The translations under genes were made by a program, and so were the position numbers. A stretch of 64,000 bases of DNA from an uncultured Chthonomonadaceae bacterium. Lineage in GTDB: Bacteria; Armatimonadota; Chthonomonadetes; Chthonomonadales; Chthonomonadaceae. The stretch covers positions 181,382 to 245,381 of the forward strand of contig CAWIEK010000050.1 of the NCBI GenBank assembly GCA_963835065.1, in the 5' to 3' direction. The notes under the pieces are model-generated. The model ran no database searches. It saw only the letters and a list, made by a program, of their open reading frames with translations, and had not been told where the DNA came from. This document shows positions 32,200 to 42,359 of the stretch, piece after piece (within the stretch, counting starts at the first letter, position 1; each line of letters opens with the position of its first letter).

Positions 32200-33135
32200 T
32201 CACCGGCGCCCGGCATCCTGAACGACGAACTGCAGGGCGCGCTGCCGCTGTTCGGGGGCGGGAGAAATGCCGGCAAAATCGGCCAGCGTTTCGATGACCT
32301 CGCCGGGGTTGGTCAGAATGTGTTCGTACTGAAGTTCCAAATAGCCGCCCGGATGATCGCGGTAACGCAGGCACTCCGTCACGTACACGTCCGTCAGGCG
32401 CAGGCAGTCCTCGCGTTTGGACAGGTCGAAGGCTGTTGGTGTGGGGGTACTTGCGCGGTGAACGCGGCGGAATAATGCTCGCCATGCCATGCCTGGATGC
32501 CGCGCCACATTCCACAGGCGGATTGCGGGGGAGGGAGGTGTGGGCAGTTTGGTGGCTGACGAGGCTGCGCGCTGCATCAGGCTGCGGGCTACGCCTTCGG
32601 GGTCGCGCCGCACATGCAAAATACGCGCATGGGGGAACAGGCGGAGCCAGTACGGCAGGGTCAGGCTGTTGCGCGGGTCTTTCCATCCCCACGCGCCTTT
32701 ATAACCCTGCGGCAAGGGCGCGAGATAGTTGCGGGACAGACTGCCGTAAGTGGCAAGTTCCATGCGCAGCAGGTTGGGATAGGCAACTCCGGGCGTAGCG
32801 CGGCGGATTAAAAAGGGGAGCGGGTCATTCCACAAAGCGCCCGCCGAGCGTATGACCGACTCGTTCAGCAGCCGAAAAGCGACTGCTTCGCCGTATCCGC
32901 TTCGCCGCTGCGTGGCATCCGGCAGCGCCAGTTCCGCAGATGCATTGGGAACTCCCATCACAGGGTCAAGGTACGCGCCCATATCGTGCAGCAGCCCACC
33001 GGCAAGGCTTGTGCCGGAGCGGTGCATGCCAATGATAATCAAGGGCGGGGGCAGGTGACGAAAAGCCGGGGCAACAGGCAGGGATAAAGGGATGCGAGCC
33101 GTCTCGCAGGAGGACGGAAGCGAATAAATACTCAC
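32200..33135 (-). CDS. Sulfotransferase family protein
   Basis: IIGMHRSGTS PAPS-binding motif, WGWKDPR, RDP, YE. Confidence 0.88.
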   Translation of the reverse strand: MSIYSLPSSCETARIPLSLPVAPAFRHLPPPLIIIGMHRSGTSLAGGLLHDMGAYLDPVMGVPNASAELALPDATQRRSGYGEAVAFRLLNESVIRSAGALWNDPLPFLIRRATPGVAYPNLLRMELATYGSLSRNYLAPLPQGYKGAWGWKDPRNSLTLPYWLRLFPHARILHVRRDPEGVARSLMQRAASSATKLPTPPSPAIRLWNVARHPGMAWRALFRRVHRASTPTPTAFDLSKREDCLRLTDVYVTECLRYRDHPGGYLELQYEHILTNPGEVIETLADFAGISPAPEQRQRALQFVVQDAGRR

Positions 33136-33431
33136 GGCGGCGGGGCCTTCTTTCCTGTAGTCTTACGGCTAATTTTAACGGCGAATCTGACAGCGCGGCA
33201 GGTCTGCTTGCTAAGACAGTCTAAAGACGCGGAGAAGGTTATCAAAGGTTCACTTTTGGCCGGATTTCAGGTACAATCAAGAATTACCATTGCGACGGCG
33301 CGCTCCACTGCTGCGCGCGCTGTTTTTGCGCGACTATTTTTATGTGATTTTCGGTTGGAAGTGGACGCGCTTGTGACGCGCTCCTGTCGGCAGGCCAACC
33401 CGAACGTCACTTTTGTATGGGAGAAGACAAC

Positions 33432-35261
33432 GTGGCAACGGCTGCACCCGCAAAACCCCAGACTCCGCGAACCGAAGCTGATTTGGCCGCCCGCTATGCC
33501 GGCGACTTAGTTTATAAAGCCCTGATTAAAACGGGCGAAGCCCTCAAAGCGTCCGAAGTGGCGAAGGCCGTAGACCATCCCGATGTGGACATGAAACTGG
33601 CGCGCGTCGTTTTGGCGACCACCCCCACCATGACCGCTGTGGATCGCAAATGGACGATCTGGACGCGCTACCTGGATGTCAACAATACGGTAGACCGCAA
33701 CATTCACCGCGTCCTCAACACATTCGGACAGCCTATTCGCCTGCCGGAAATGGCGCGCGAAATGGCGTCCATTTACGGGCGTCCTATAGAAGTCTTTACC
33801 GACATGCTGCGCCGACTGGTGCAAAACAAAAATCGGTACTTTCTGATCGGCAATGAATACGTCGCGCCCGCCGAATGGCTGCTCAATACGGACGCCGGGG
33901 ATGAGGACGAGGTTCTGTTCGACAACTTTCTGGACGACGAGGACGTGTTCCCGTATGTGGAAGCGGCCCGCGAAGCCGGATTGGATGGCGCGCGCTCCGA
34001 AACCCTGACCGCGTTTCTCGACAGCGTGAACGCGCCCATCAAGAACAAGGCGCTGCAATTCCTCGCCTATCATCTGAACCACGCGGCCTTTGACGCCCAA
34101 CGGTTTTACACGAACCTGTTTTTGAACAGCGGCGCGGTGGCCCTTTCGGATGGAACGTGGATCGGGCCGGCTCTTGCCCAAAAGCTGACCACGCACTTCC
34201 CGGCGATTGCCGAGCAGGAAGTGAGCGAGAACGCCGAGGCCGAAGCGCAGGAAGCCGCGCAGCCCCTCGCCCTTACCGCCGAAGCGCTGGAACAACTGGT
34301 GCAGACCGTCGTGGACAGCGACGATACCGTGTTTGCCAGTCAACTGCTGTCGGAACAGTTTGAAATCACGCCCGATGACCGCACGTATGAAGAGGATTTG
34401 CGCACCATCATTCAATCGCTGTCGCAGGATGAGCGCGTAATGTGGGCGGGCGGCGAGCGGTTCCGTCCGCAGGGAACGGTTCCGGGCTATGTGTTCAGCG
34501 TTCCCGGCCTCCTTGACATTCCCGAAGACACGTACCGGGATGAAGAAGGCAATTTGATGGACCTTCTTTTGGAAGACGACGGCTTCAACGGCGGGCTTGA
34601 GCGCGAAATCCTGAACCCGCTGGCGCAGGACGTGCTGGACGAGGAACCCGTTCCCAGTCCCGACATGAACCCGCCGTCCAACGCCCGCGCGGTCATCAAG
34701 TACCATCACAAGCAGATCGGAACCCTGCCCCTGTGCCAGTTCCCGTCCGGGTTCTTCCCACCCACTCCGGCGATTCTGGAAACCGAGTTTTCCCTGCCCG
34801 GCAGCCAGAAGGCGCAGGTCTGGGTCAACAACGAGACGCGCCTGATGTACGGCCTGCTCGACTGGTTCCAGTCCATTCCGATTGATTCGGGCGCGACGTT
34901 CACCCTGGAGCGGCAGGCGGGCGACCGCTATATCGTCAACTACAACGACGAAAGCGAGCCGACCATGTTCATCAGCCGCAACCGCATCAACGAACTGCTG
35001 GAATTGCAGGAGCGGGCGGAAACCGACGACATTTCTACTTTCGACGTCATGCGCGAGATCATGGAGCATTACCGCAAGGGCATCGAATTCATCACGCTGC
35101 TGACGGAAGTGAACGTTGTGCGCCGCACCCCTCGGCGCATGATCGCCTCGATCCTGTCCGAGTACCACTGCTTCACACAGCGCGGCGGCGCATGGGTCTT
35201 CGACACCAAGAAGTTGATTCAAGGCTTCGACAAAAGCAAGCGGAAGTTTATTGCGAAGTAG
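33432..35261 (+). CDS. Acidic hypothetical protein with repeated winged-helix-like segments
   Basis: About 610-aa ORF with strong codon bias; GTG after GGAG. Fold is inference only. Confidence 0.8.
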   Translation: MATAAPAKPQTPRTEADLAARYAGDLVYKALIKTGEALKASEVAKAVDHPDVDMKLARVVLATTPTMTAVDRKWTIWTRYLDVNNTVDRNIHRVLNTFGQPIRLPEMAREMASIYGRPIEVFTDMLRRLVQNKNRYFLIGNEYVAPAEWLLNTDAGDEDEVLFDNFLDDEDVFPYVEAAREAGLDGARSETLTAFLDSVNAPIKNKALQFLAYHLNHAAFDAQRFYTNLFLNSGAVALSDGTWIGPALAQKLTTHFPAIAEQEVSENAEAEAQEAAQPLALTAEALEQLVQTVVDSDDTVFASQLLSEQFEITPDDRTYEEDLRTIIQSLSQDERVMWAGGERFRPQGTVPGYVFSVPGLLDIPEDTYRDEEGNLMDLLLEDDGFNGGLEREILNPLAQDVLDEEPVPSPDMNPPSNARAVIKYHHKQIGTLPLCQFPSGFFPPTPAILETEFSLPGSQKAQVWVNNETRLMYGLLDWFQSIPIDSGATFTLERQAGDRYIVNYNDESEPTMFISRNRINELLELQERAETDDISTFDVMREIMEHYRKGIEFITLLTEVNVVRRTPRRMIASILSEYHCFTQRGGAWVFDTKKLIQGFDKSKRKFIAK

Positions 35262-35267
35262 GGAAGT

Positions 35268-35397
35268 CGGTATTCAGGTGTTCGGGTATTCAGGTATTCA
35301 GGACAATGCAAGAATATCATGTTTGCTGGCGCGCAGCAAATCTTGCAATTCAGTTCCTGAACACCCGAACACCTGAATACCTGAACACCGAATACCA
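35268..35397. repeat. Inverted octamer repeat (GGTRTTCR)n / (YGAAYACC)n
   Basis: Same unit at 38183-38286 and 49643-49766. Confidence 0.9.
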
Positions 35398-35412
35398 ATT
35401 GGGAGAACGCTC

Positions 35413-36006
35413 ATGGCGCAAATTGCGGTTTTGCCTGCCCGTGAGGATGGGTATGCGCGTAAAAAGTGGAGTGTGCGGGAGTGCCGCTTTTTAGTGGATG
35501 GCGGTCTGCTCGAACCCGGCAAGTACGAGTTGATTGAAGGGGAAGTTGTTAGTAAAATGGGTCAGAGTCGCCTGCACATCAATGCTGTCGCACGAATACT
35601 TGTTGCTCTGATGGCAATCTTTGATGCTCTCTCCATCCAATCCCAAGCGCAAATCGGCATTGGTGAGTTGGATGCTTTCAATGATCCAGAGCCCGATGCA
35701 GCCGTGTTGCACGGCACACTCGACAACTATCGTGATCGTGAACCAAATCCCGCTACCGAAGTTTTGCTTGTTGTGGAAGCCTCTCTAACCACTTTGGCAG
35801 GTGATCGCAGCACAAAAGCGCAACTATATGCCCGTCATGGCATCCCCGAATATTGGATTGTCGCCATTGCGCGGCGCGAGTTAATTGTGCATCGGCAGCC
35901 AACCCCGAACGGCTACGCCGATGTTCATACCTATCGCGAAAACGAAGCCGTCGCGCCCCTGTCCGCTCCCGACAGATTAGTACAAGTCTCTGCGCTGATG
36001 CCCTGA
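35413..36006 (+). CDS. Uma2 family endonuclease-like protein
   Basis: ELIEGE, PEPD, LVVE.S, D...K..LYA..GIPEYWIV. Confidence 0.92.
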   Translation: MAQIAVLPAREDGYARKKWSVRECRFLVDGGLLEPGKYELIEGEVVSKMGQSRLHINAVARILVALMAIFDALSIQSQAQIGIGELDAFNDPEPDAAVLHGTLDNYRDREPNPATEVLLVVEASLTTLAGDRSTKAQLYARHGIPEYWIVAIARRELIVHRQPTPNGYADVHTYRENEAVAPLSAPDRLVQVSALMP

Positions 36007-36067
36007 AAGGCGCCTGTATTGTCGAGGCGCATAGTTTGGAGGTTGTCAGTTCAAAATGGAGGCCATT

Positions 36068-36283
36068 ATGCCCATTACCCGGCGGGAATGTGTGGCCGGC
36101 AGTATTGCCACGGGACTTCTGGCAGCAGCGGAGCCGCTGATAGCTGCTCCCAATCCCAGATTCAAAGCCATAGCCTTCGATGCCTTCCCTATTTTTGATC
36201 CTCGCCCGGTCTTTAGGCTGGCAGAGGAACTCTTTCCCGGCAAAGGCGCGGAACTGAGTAATGCCTGGCGAAGCCGACAGTTT
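36068..36283 (+). pseudogene. Truncated Tat-exported haloacid dehalogenase type II fragment
   Basis: TRRE...KAIAFDAFPIFDPRPV...AELSNAWRSRQF, after which similarity is lost. Confidence 0.65.
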
Positions 36284-36653
36284 GCGCGGTCGCATCCAGG
36301 AAAACTTTCTGACTCTCAGGATACGCGGCAAAGAGTTCTTCGAGGGCGCCAATGTGCTCACGCGGCTTGTCCTTGCCCGCTTGTCGGGGACGTTGGAAGC
36401 GCCTTGACTTCGGGTGGGTGCTTGCGCAAACATTTTAGCCACAATTTGCAAAAATGGCTACGGAAAGCATCATTTATGTGCCATAATAAGAGTGTGGCAC
36501 AGAAAACTTGCTCTGCCTGGCAACATCCGGTTCCTGGTAACTTTGCAATCAGAACCTGGCTCTGTTTACCGGATCAGGACAGAGTTACGATATAACACCC
36601 GATTGTACTGTAAAATCAATGGGTTGTGTGAGGCAGGAGAGGGGTTCAACTTC

Positions 36654-36854
36654 ATGACGAGTGTTTTGGAAAAGGGCCAAACGCGCCCTGAAAACGAGTT
36701 TGTGTCCGGTGACGTGGTGGAACCGGGCCTGTACGTGGATGTGGAAACCGGCGCCAAGGTGCAAATTGTCGCGCCGGACGAACTGCCGGAAGGAAGCGTT
36801 ACTCTGAGCTACCGCCGCCGCTTCCGCAAAGTAGAAATGGCAAAAGCCGCGTAA
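36654..36854 (+). CDS. 66-aa hypothetical protein
   Basis: AGGAG RBS, good codon usage, own terminator. Confidence 0.7.
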   Translation: MTSVLEKGQTRPENEFVSGDVVEPGLYVDVETGAKVQIVAPDELPEGSVTLSYRRRFRKVEMAKAA

Positions 36855-36895
36855 TCCCGCAGAACCACCCTCTGCATTTTCAACCGCGCAAGCGC

Positions 36896-36938
36896 AACTC
36901 CCCGCCTCCATAATTTTGGAGGCGGGGAGTTTTGTTTT
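36896..36938 (+). terminator. Intrinsic terminator
   Basis: aactccccgcctcca / tggaggcggggagtt followed by ttgtttt. Confidence 0.85.
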
Positions 36939-37002
36939 GAAGCCGCCGGTTCTCGAACATTCGCGTTTATTCGCGTTTATTCGCGGCTAAAATCCTCAAA
37001 CC

Positions 37003-38160
37003 CTACTTCAGTTCGTTGACCAGGTCGGTGGCTTCCCAGGGAAAGGCGGGGTTGCCGAAGTGGCCGTTTTTGGCCGTCTGCACGTACTTGATGCGCGAAG
37101 CGTTGAGCAGAGACAGGCGCGCAATGATAGCGCGGGGGCGCAGGTCAACGGCCTTGCGAACGCGGGCAACGATTTCGGAATCCGGGATTTTGCCCGTGCC
37201 GAATGTGTCCACATACACGCTGACCGGTTCGGCCACGCCGATGGCATACGCAAGCTGGATTTCCGCCCGATCCGCCAATCCCGCCGCCACGATGTTCTTG
37301 GCGATGTAGCGGCCCGTATAGGCGGCGCTGCGGTCTACTTTGGACGGGTCCTTGCCCGAAAACGCGCCGCCGCCGTGCCGGGCGGAACCGCCATACGTGT
37401 CCACAATGATCTTGCGGCCGGTGACGCCCGTATCCGCCTGCGGCCCGCCGATGACGAAGCGGCCTGTGGGGTTGATAAAGTATTTGATGTTGCCCTTGAC
37501 AAACTGATCGTACTTTTTCAGGACGGGCTTGACGACATATTCCTGCACGTTGGCCTGGACGCTGGCCTGCGTGTGGGACGGGTCGTGCTGCGAGGAGAAG
37601 ACAATGGTGTCCACATGGTCGGGCGTCCCGTCCGGGCGGTACGCGATTGTCACCTGCGATTTGGCGTCCGGGCGGAAACCGAGTTCCGGCGTGGCCTTGC
37701 GCACTTCGGCGTGGCGGCGGGTCAGGTCGTGGGCAATGGTGAGCGCAAGCGGCATCAATTGTTCGGTTTCATTGGTGGCGTAGCCGAACATCAAGCCCTG
37801 ATCGCCCGCGCCCTGATCGTTGGGGTCCGCGCGATCCACGCCCTGCGCAATATCAGGCGACTGCCGCTGAATGGCGAGCATCACACCGCAGGTATAGCCA
37901 TCGAAACCGGAGTCGGTATGCGTATAACCCACTTCGCAGATGGTTTCGCGCACAATGTCGGCGATTTCCACATACGCATCGGTGGTCAGTTCGCCGCCAA
38001 CCACGCACAGGCCGCGCGTCAAAAACGTTTCCAGCGCGACGCGGGAACCGGAGTCTTCTTTGAGCAGCGCGTCCAGAATGGCGTCGCTGATCTGGTCGGC
38101 CAATTTGTCGGGATGGCCTTCGGAAACGCTTTCAGAAGTAAACAGGGTAAAGTCGGACAT
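37003..38160 (-). CDS. metK: S-adenosylmethionine synthetase
   Basis: [28 protein letters not shown] motifs. Confidence 0.98.
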   Translation of the reverse strand: MSDFTLFTSESVSEGHPDKLADQISDAILDALLKEDSGSRVALETFLTRGLCVVGGELTTDAYVEIADIVRETICEVGYTHTDSGFDGYTCGVMLAIQRQSPDIAQGVDRADPNDQGAGDQGLMFGYATNETEQLMPLALTIAHDLTRRHAEVRKATPELGFRPDAKSQVTIAYRPDGTPDHVDTIVFSSQHDPSHTQASVQANVQEYVVKPVLKKYDQFVKGNIKYFINPTGRFVIGGPQADTGVTGRKIIVDTYGGSARHGGGAFSGKDPSKVDRSAAYTGRYIAKNIVAAGLADRAEIQLAYAIGVAEPVSVYVDTFGTGKIPDSEIVARVRKAVDLRPRAIIARLSLLNASRIKYVQTAKNGHFGNPAFPWEATDLVNELK

Positions 38161-38182
38161 GAATGGAATTCCTTTCAGGAAG

Positions 38183-38286
38183 GGTGTTCAGGTATTCAGG
38201 TGTTCGGTGTTCAGGTGTTCAGGCGTTTGACGAGTTATCTTCCCGAATACCCGAATACCCGAATACCTGAACACCTGAATACCTGA
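38183..38286. repeat. Inverted octamer repeat in the metK leader
   Basis: (ggtgttca)n ... (cccgaata/cctgaaca)n. Confidence 0.9.
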
Positions 38287-38291
38287 TGCAC

Positions 38292-38322
38292 AAAAAACCT
38301 CTTCTGCCAGGCAGAAGAGGTT
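38292..38322 (-). terminator. Riboswitch-controlled terminator
   Basis: Minus strand aacctcttctgcctggcagaagaggtttttt. Confidence 0.85.
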
Positions 38323-38413
38323 GTAATGGCGTGAGGAGCGCGCGTTGTGGCGCTTTTGCTCCCTATAATGATGGAGAGACAAAAAGCCAGTAACCGCGTA
38401 AACAGCGCCGTAC

Positions 38414-38590
38414 ACCTCTTATCTGGCAGACTGCACAATTACAAATGCAACTGCTCGGATTTAGCACCTGCCCACGATCCTGCATCAGCGCCCGATGCTT
38501 TTACAATGAAAAGCATGGACAAAACATGCAAGCGCGGGTGGTTGTTGTGGCGTCAACGGGCCGGTTCCCTCAACCACTCTTGATAAGAAG
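38414..38590 (-). ncRNA. SAM-I (S-box) riboswitch
   Basis: Minus strand cttatcaagag-tggttgaggga-accggcccgttgacgcca-caacaacc...ggtgctaaatcc-gagcag...ctgccagataag, upstream of metK. Confidence 0.93.
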
Positions 38591-38704
38591 CCATCGCTAT
38601 GAAATTGTTAGATATAGCCTAGCACATCTTCGGCATCCGAGTCAATACAATAGAGGCACGAAAAGAAAATAAAGGTGTAAATGCGGGTGGGGGTGGATAG
38701 GACG

Positions 38705-38752
38705 CCGTGAGATGAATCTCGCGGCTGTAGTAACGAATTCCGCCTGCGCGGA
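38705..38752. repeat. REP-like palindrome
   Basis: gccgtgagatgaatctcgcggc...tccgcctgcgcgga. Confidence 0.45.
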
Positions 38753-38800
38753 ATGAAACCCTAACCACCTAAAACCATAAAACCATAAGCACCTGACCTG

Positions 38801-40324
38801 CTACTGCGTCAGGCGATTCAATTGCTGCTGCGCCACGTACTTTACGTCATTGTCGGGACTTTGCGCCAATTGTTCCAGAGGGGAGCGGGCGTCGGCAGTG
38901 CCGACTTCGCCCAATGCGACGGCAATCCAGCGCTGCTGCGCAGCCGGCGCGGTTCCTGCCGCCTGCCGCAAGGCGGGCAAAATCGCTGTGCCCTGCCTGC
39001 CCAACGCTTGCGCGGCGTACAGCGCGTCCGTGCCGCCCCGCTGCAAAACAGCGAGAAGTTCCGGCGCGGCAGACGCGCCAATCGTCGTCAGCGATTGCTG
39101 CGCGGCGGCGGCGACGCCCCCGTCAGGATCGTTGAGCGCGGCAATCAGGGGCGCCACGCCGGGGCGATTGTCGGAAAAGCCCAGAGCCGTCGCCGCCGCC
39201 GCCCGTATATCCGGCGCGTCCCTGTTGGTTTGCAGAACTTGCGCCAGAGCCGCGTCCGCTTCGGGCGCATGGAGGGTTTGCAGGGTCTGAACCGCGCCCA
39301 GCCGAACGCTTGCATTGGGGTCTTGCAAGGCAGTTGTCAGACTGGCAAGCGCGGTCTGCCGCGCCTGTTGGTTGTCGGACTGCCCCGCTCGCCCAAGCGC
39401 CGTGACCGCTGCGGAGCGCAATTTCAGATCATCGTCGTTGAGGGCGCGTACCAGGGTGGCAATGGCGGAAGGGGTGGCGATTTTACCCAATCCCAACGCA
39501 GCCTGCGCCCGCGCGTCATTGTCCGCCGACACATTGGTAATGGCTTCTGTAAGCGACGGTTCGCACGAAGGCGCGGCAATCAAAGCAATCGCGCCAGTTG
39601 CAATGCGCTTCAGGTCGGGCGTGGTATCGGGCGCGTTGAGCAGGGTCACTAAGGGCTGCACCGCGCTTTCATCCCCGATTTTTCCAAGCGCGTCCGCCGC
39701 CCCGCCCCGAACGCCGTTGTCCTTGTCGCCCAAATAGGCGATAAGAGCCGGTACGCTGATAGCGCGAACACTTGGATCAAGAAAACGGGGGCTGCTGAGG
39801 ACATTGCCGCCCGGCCCGCGCGCATCGCCTTCCTTTTTCATAATGGCAAGCACAGCCTGCACCACATTGGGAAGCGGGCCGATACCCCCCTGTTCTGATG
39901 GGGCCGTCAGAGCCGCGATTGTGCCCTTGCGCACGTTCACATCGCCGTCCTTCAAACCGACCACAAGGGCGTCAACGGTTTCCTGCGATTTCGCGCCGAT
40001 CTTTTTCAGGGTTTCCAGCGCCTGCGCCCGGACGGTCTTGTCCTGATCTTTAAGCAGGGCAAGCGCTTGTTTCACGCCGTCCGCTGTGGGCAGGTCTTGC
40101 AGGGCGCGGGCGGCTTTGACGCGCGTTTCCGGCAGTTCGCCCGAAATCGAGTCGCCAAACTGCTCGGCTTTGATCAGTTCCGTCGCGGCGGCGGCATGGG
40201 CCTGCGGGTCATTGCCGGCCAGTTCGTCTATCAGCATTCGCACATGGCGGCTGTGCGACACGGCCAGCCCGACCACCAGCAGCACGAGCGCGGCAAAAAT
40301 AATGTAGTTCAAATATTTACGCAC
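38801..40324 (-). CDS. Membrane-anchored HEAT-repeat protein
   Basis: N-terminal TM helix; many L.D.D..VR..AA.ALG repeats. Confidence 0.9.
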   Translation of the reverse strand: MRKYLNYIIFAALVLLVVGLAVSHSRHVRMLIDELAGNDPQAHAAAATELIKAEQFGDSISGELPETRVKAARALQDLPTADGVKQALALLKDQDKTVRAQALETLKKIGAKSQETVDALVVGLKDGDVNVRKGTIAALTAPSEQGGIGPLPNVVQAVLAIMKKEGDARGPGGNVLSSPRFLDPSVRAISVPALIAYLGDKDNGVRGGAADALGKIGDESAVQPLVTLLNAPDTTPDLKRIATGAIALIAAPSCEPSLTEAITNVSADNDARAQAALGLGKIATPSAIATLVRALNDDDLKLRSAAVTALGRAGQSDNQQARQTALASLTTALQDPNASVRLGAVQTLQTLHAPEADAALAQVLQTNRDAPDIRAAAATALGFSDNRPGVAPLIAALNDPDGGVAAAAQQSLTTIGASAAPELLAVLQRGGTDALYAAQALGRQGTAILPALRQAAGTAPAAQQRWIAVALGEVGTADARSPLEQLAQSPDNDVKYVAQQQLNRLTQ

Positions 40325-40343
40325 GGGTTTAACCTCTTGGTCA

Positions 40344-40388
40344 TAGGGTTTTAGGGTTTTAGGGTTTTAGGGTTTTAAGGTTTGTAGG
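40344..40388. repeat. (TTTTAGGG)n octamer tandem repeat
   Basis: Four GGG tracts plus two degenerate units. Confidence 0.9.
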
Positions 40389-40557
40389 TGTCACATAATT
40401 GTCTTCGGCCTGCTGTCTTTTTCCCTTATTCCTTCTCCTTAATCGCCTATTGTCTATTTGCCACGCCGATTCCTGCTTGCACTGTAACGTTACTGAATTC
40501 TGGGCAGGGGAAGGCTTTGTGCAGTTCGCCTGATTGTACGGACTTAGCGCAAACGCA

Positions 40558-41349
40558 TCAGGCGGCGAACAGCGAGCGGGCGCAGGCAAGGTCTTCGGCA
40601 ATGTAGCGGTCTACTCCGGCTTCGTCCGTGTACTCGGCGGTCAGGCAGATGACGCCACTGTAATCGCGCTTTTTCAATTCCGCCACAACGCGGGGCCAGT
40701 TGGCGCGTCCGTGTCTGGCGGTTGTCCATTCGGGCTTCCAGATCGGAGTGGGCGCATCGGGGCTGCTTTGCAGGCGCCAGTACGCGCTTTTGAGGTTTAC
40801 CATGCACAGGTGCGACCAGATAATATCAATCGCGGATTCGGGCGCTTCGCCTTCCAGTCCGTTGTGGCCCGCGTCCCATACCGCGCCGATTTGTTTGGGA
40901 TTGAACCGGTCCATCAGGTGACGCAGGCCCATCGCGTTGCACACGTCCCGGTTGCCGGAGTGGTTCTGGATACCGAGCGTGACGCCGTATTTTTCCAGCA
41001 GGGGAAGCATCTGCTCGTATTCGCGCTGCAAGCGGGCCTCGCCTGCCAGATACCCCTCGCCTTCGCGCATCCCGACGCAAATCCGTACAACCGGTACGCC
41101 CGCCGCCTGACATGCGGCAAACGTTTTCTCGTCCGTTGGCCCCGCAATGCTGGCAATCTTCAAACCCTCCGCGCTCAATATCTGCGCGGCGCGGCGCAGT
41201 TCCGTCGTGACATTCTCCGGCGTCACCGGATAACCGGGGCGCACGGGCAGTTCCACGCCATCAAATCCCAACGCCTTCACATGCGCCGCCAACGCTTCCA
41301 ATTCCAGTTTCCACGGCTTGGTAAATACAGTAAACGTTACATTGCTCAT
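40558..41349 (-). CDS. Sugar phosphate isomerase/epimerase (TIM barrel)
   Basis: GFDGVEL, IQNH, WDAGH. Confidence 0.85.
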   Translation of the reverse strand: MSNVTFTVFTKPWKLELEALAAHVKALGFDGVELPVRPGYPVTPENVTTELRRAAQILSAEGLKIASIAGPTDEKTFAACQAAGVPVVRICVGMREGEGYLAGEARLQREYEQMLPLLEKYGVTLGIQNHSGNRDVCNAMGLRHLMDRFNPKQIGAVWDAGHNGLEGEAPESAIDIIWSHLCMVNLKSAYWRLQSSPDAPTPIWKPEWTTARHGRANWPRVVAELKKRDYSGVICLTAEYTDEAGVDRYIAEDLACARSLFAA

Positions 41350-41364
41350 TATATTTCCTTGTAT

Positions 41365-42348
41365 TTAGTGGTTTCCCAACAATCCCATCGCCAGTATCTT
41401 TTCCGCCACTTCCATCGTTTTCAGGGCGTCGGCGAAACAGGAGGAAGGCTGCCGTCCGGTTTTCACGCAGTCTATGAATTCCCGGTGCTTGGCGCGGAAG
41501 CCGCCGAATTGATAGAGTTCCTCGCTGCCTGCGATTTCGCGGGTGTCATGCCAAATTCCTGCCGTGTCGCCGTCCGCGTACAACACGCCTTTACCTTCGT
41601 GTTCGGCCTCCGCGCAAATCCCCGGCGCATGCATTTGAACGCGGAAAATGCGCCGCCCGCTCGTCCAACTGTTGAGCATCACGCCTGTCGCGCCGTTATC
41701 GAAACGCAGCAGCGCGGCGAAAAAGTTCAGGTCGGGAACGCCGATACTGCGCGTAATGGGCAAAATCTCTACCACTTCGCCCCCGCACATCCAGCGCAGG
41801 GTATCAATGGCATGAACGCCGTCATCCATGATATGATCGCGGGCATCCAGAAACGGCTGCGGCGCATACTTGTAGAACTCGCATACGGCATGGACAATCG
41901 GCCCGCGCCGCAAACATTCGTCGCGCAACTGCACCACCATAGGGCACGAGCGGCGCTGAAAACTGACCTGCGTAATGCAGCCATGCTTGTCGGCCAGATA
42001 CGCCAGGGATCGCGCCTGATGCAGCGACAATCCCAACGGCTTTTCGATATACAGGTTGCGCCCCTGCTCCAAAAACCATTTCCAGATCGGGTACATGATG
42101 TTGGGCTGCCCGATGACATACACCGCATCCGGGTTTATCTCCGCCACCATGCGCTGATAATCATCGAAGTTTTGCGCCCGGTAACGCCCGGCAACGCCGT
42201 ATTTGTCCGCCGTCGCGTTCAGACGCCCGGCATCCAACTCGCAAATCGCGGCAATTTCCACATCTTCTAACGACGCCAGGGACGGATAATGCGCCATATT
42301 CGCCATGCTGCCCGCGCCCACCATCGCCACGCGCACTTTTGCTGACAT
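41365..42348 (-). CDS. Gfo/Idh/MocA oxidoreductase
   Basis: VGAG, EKP and D.GVH..D motifs. Confidence 0.92.
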   Translation of the reverse strand: MSAKVRVAMVGAGSMANMAHYPSLASLEDVEIAAICELDAGRLNATADKYGVAGRYRAQNFDDYQRMVAEINPDAVYVIGQPNIMYPIWKWFLEQGRNLYIEKPLGLSLHQARSLAYLADKHGCITQVSFQRRSCPMVVQLRDECLRRGPIVHAVCEFYKYAPQPFLDARDHIMDDGVHAIDTLRWMCGGEVVEILPITRSIGVPDLNFFAALLRFDNGATGVMLNSWTSGRRIFRVQMHAPGICAEAEHEGKGVLYADGDTAGIWHDTREIAGSEELYQFGGFRAKHREFIDCVKTGRQPSSCFADALKTMEVAEKILAMGLLGNH

Positions 42349-42359
42349 AGCACACTCCT

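Noticed and set aside
35268..35397. Periodic repeats as a CRISPR array
   Set aside because: Units are 7-10 nt with no unique spacers, and there are no cas genes.
40344..40388. Eukaryotic telomere contamination or replicon end
   Set aside because: Only four units, internal, embedded in continuous bacterial gene context, with degenerate relatives elsewhere in the window.
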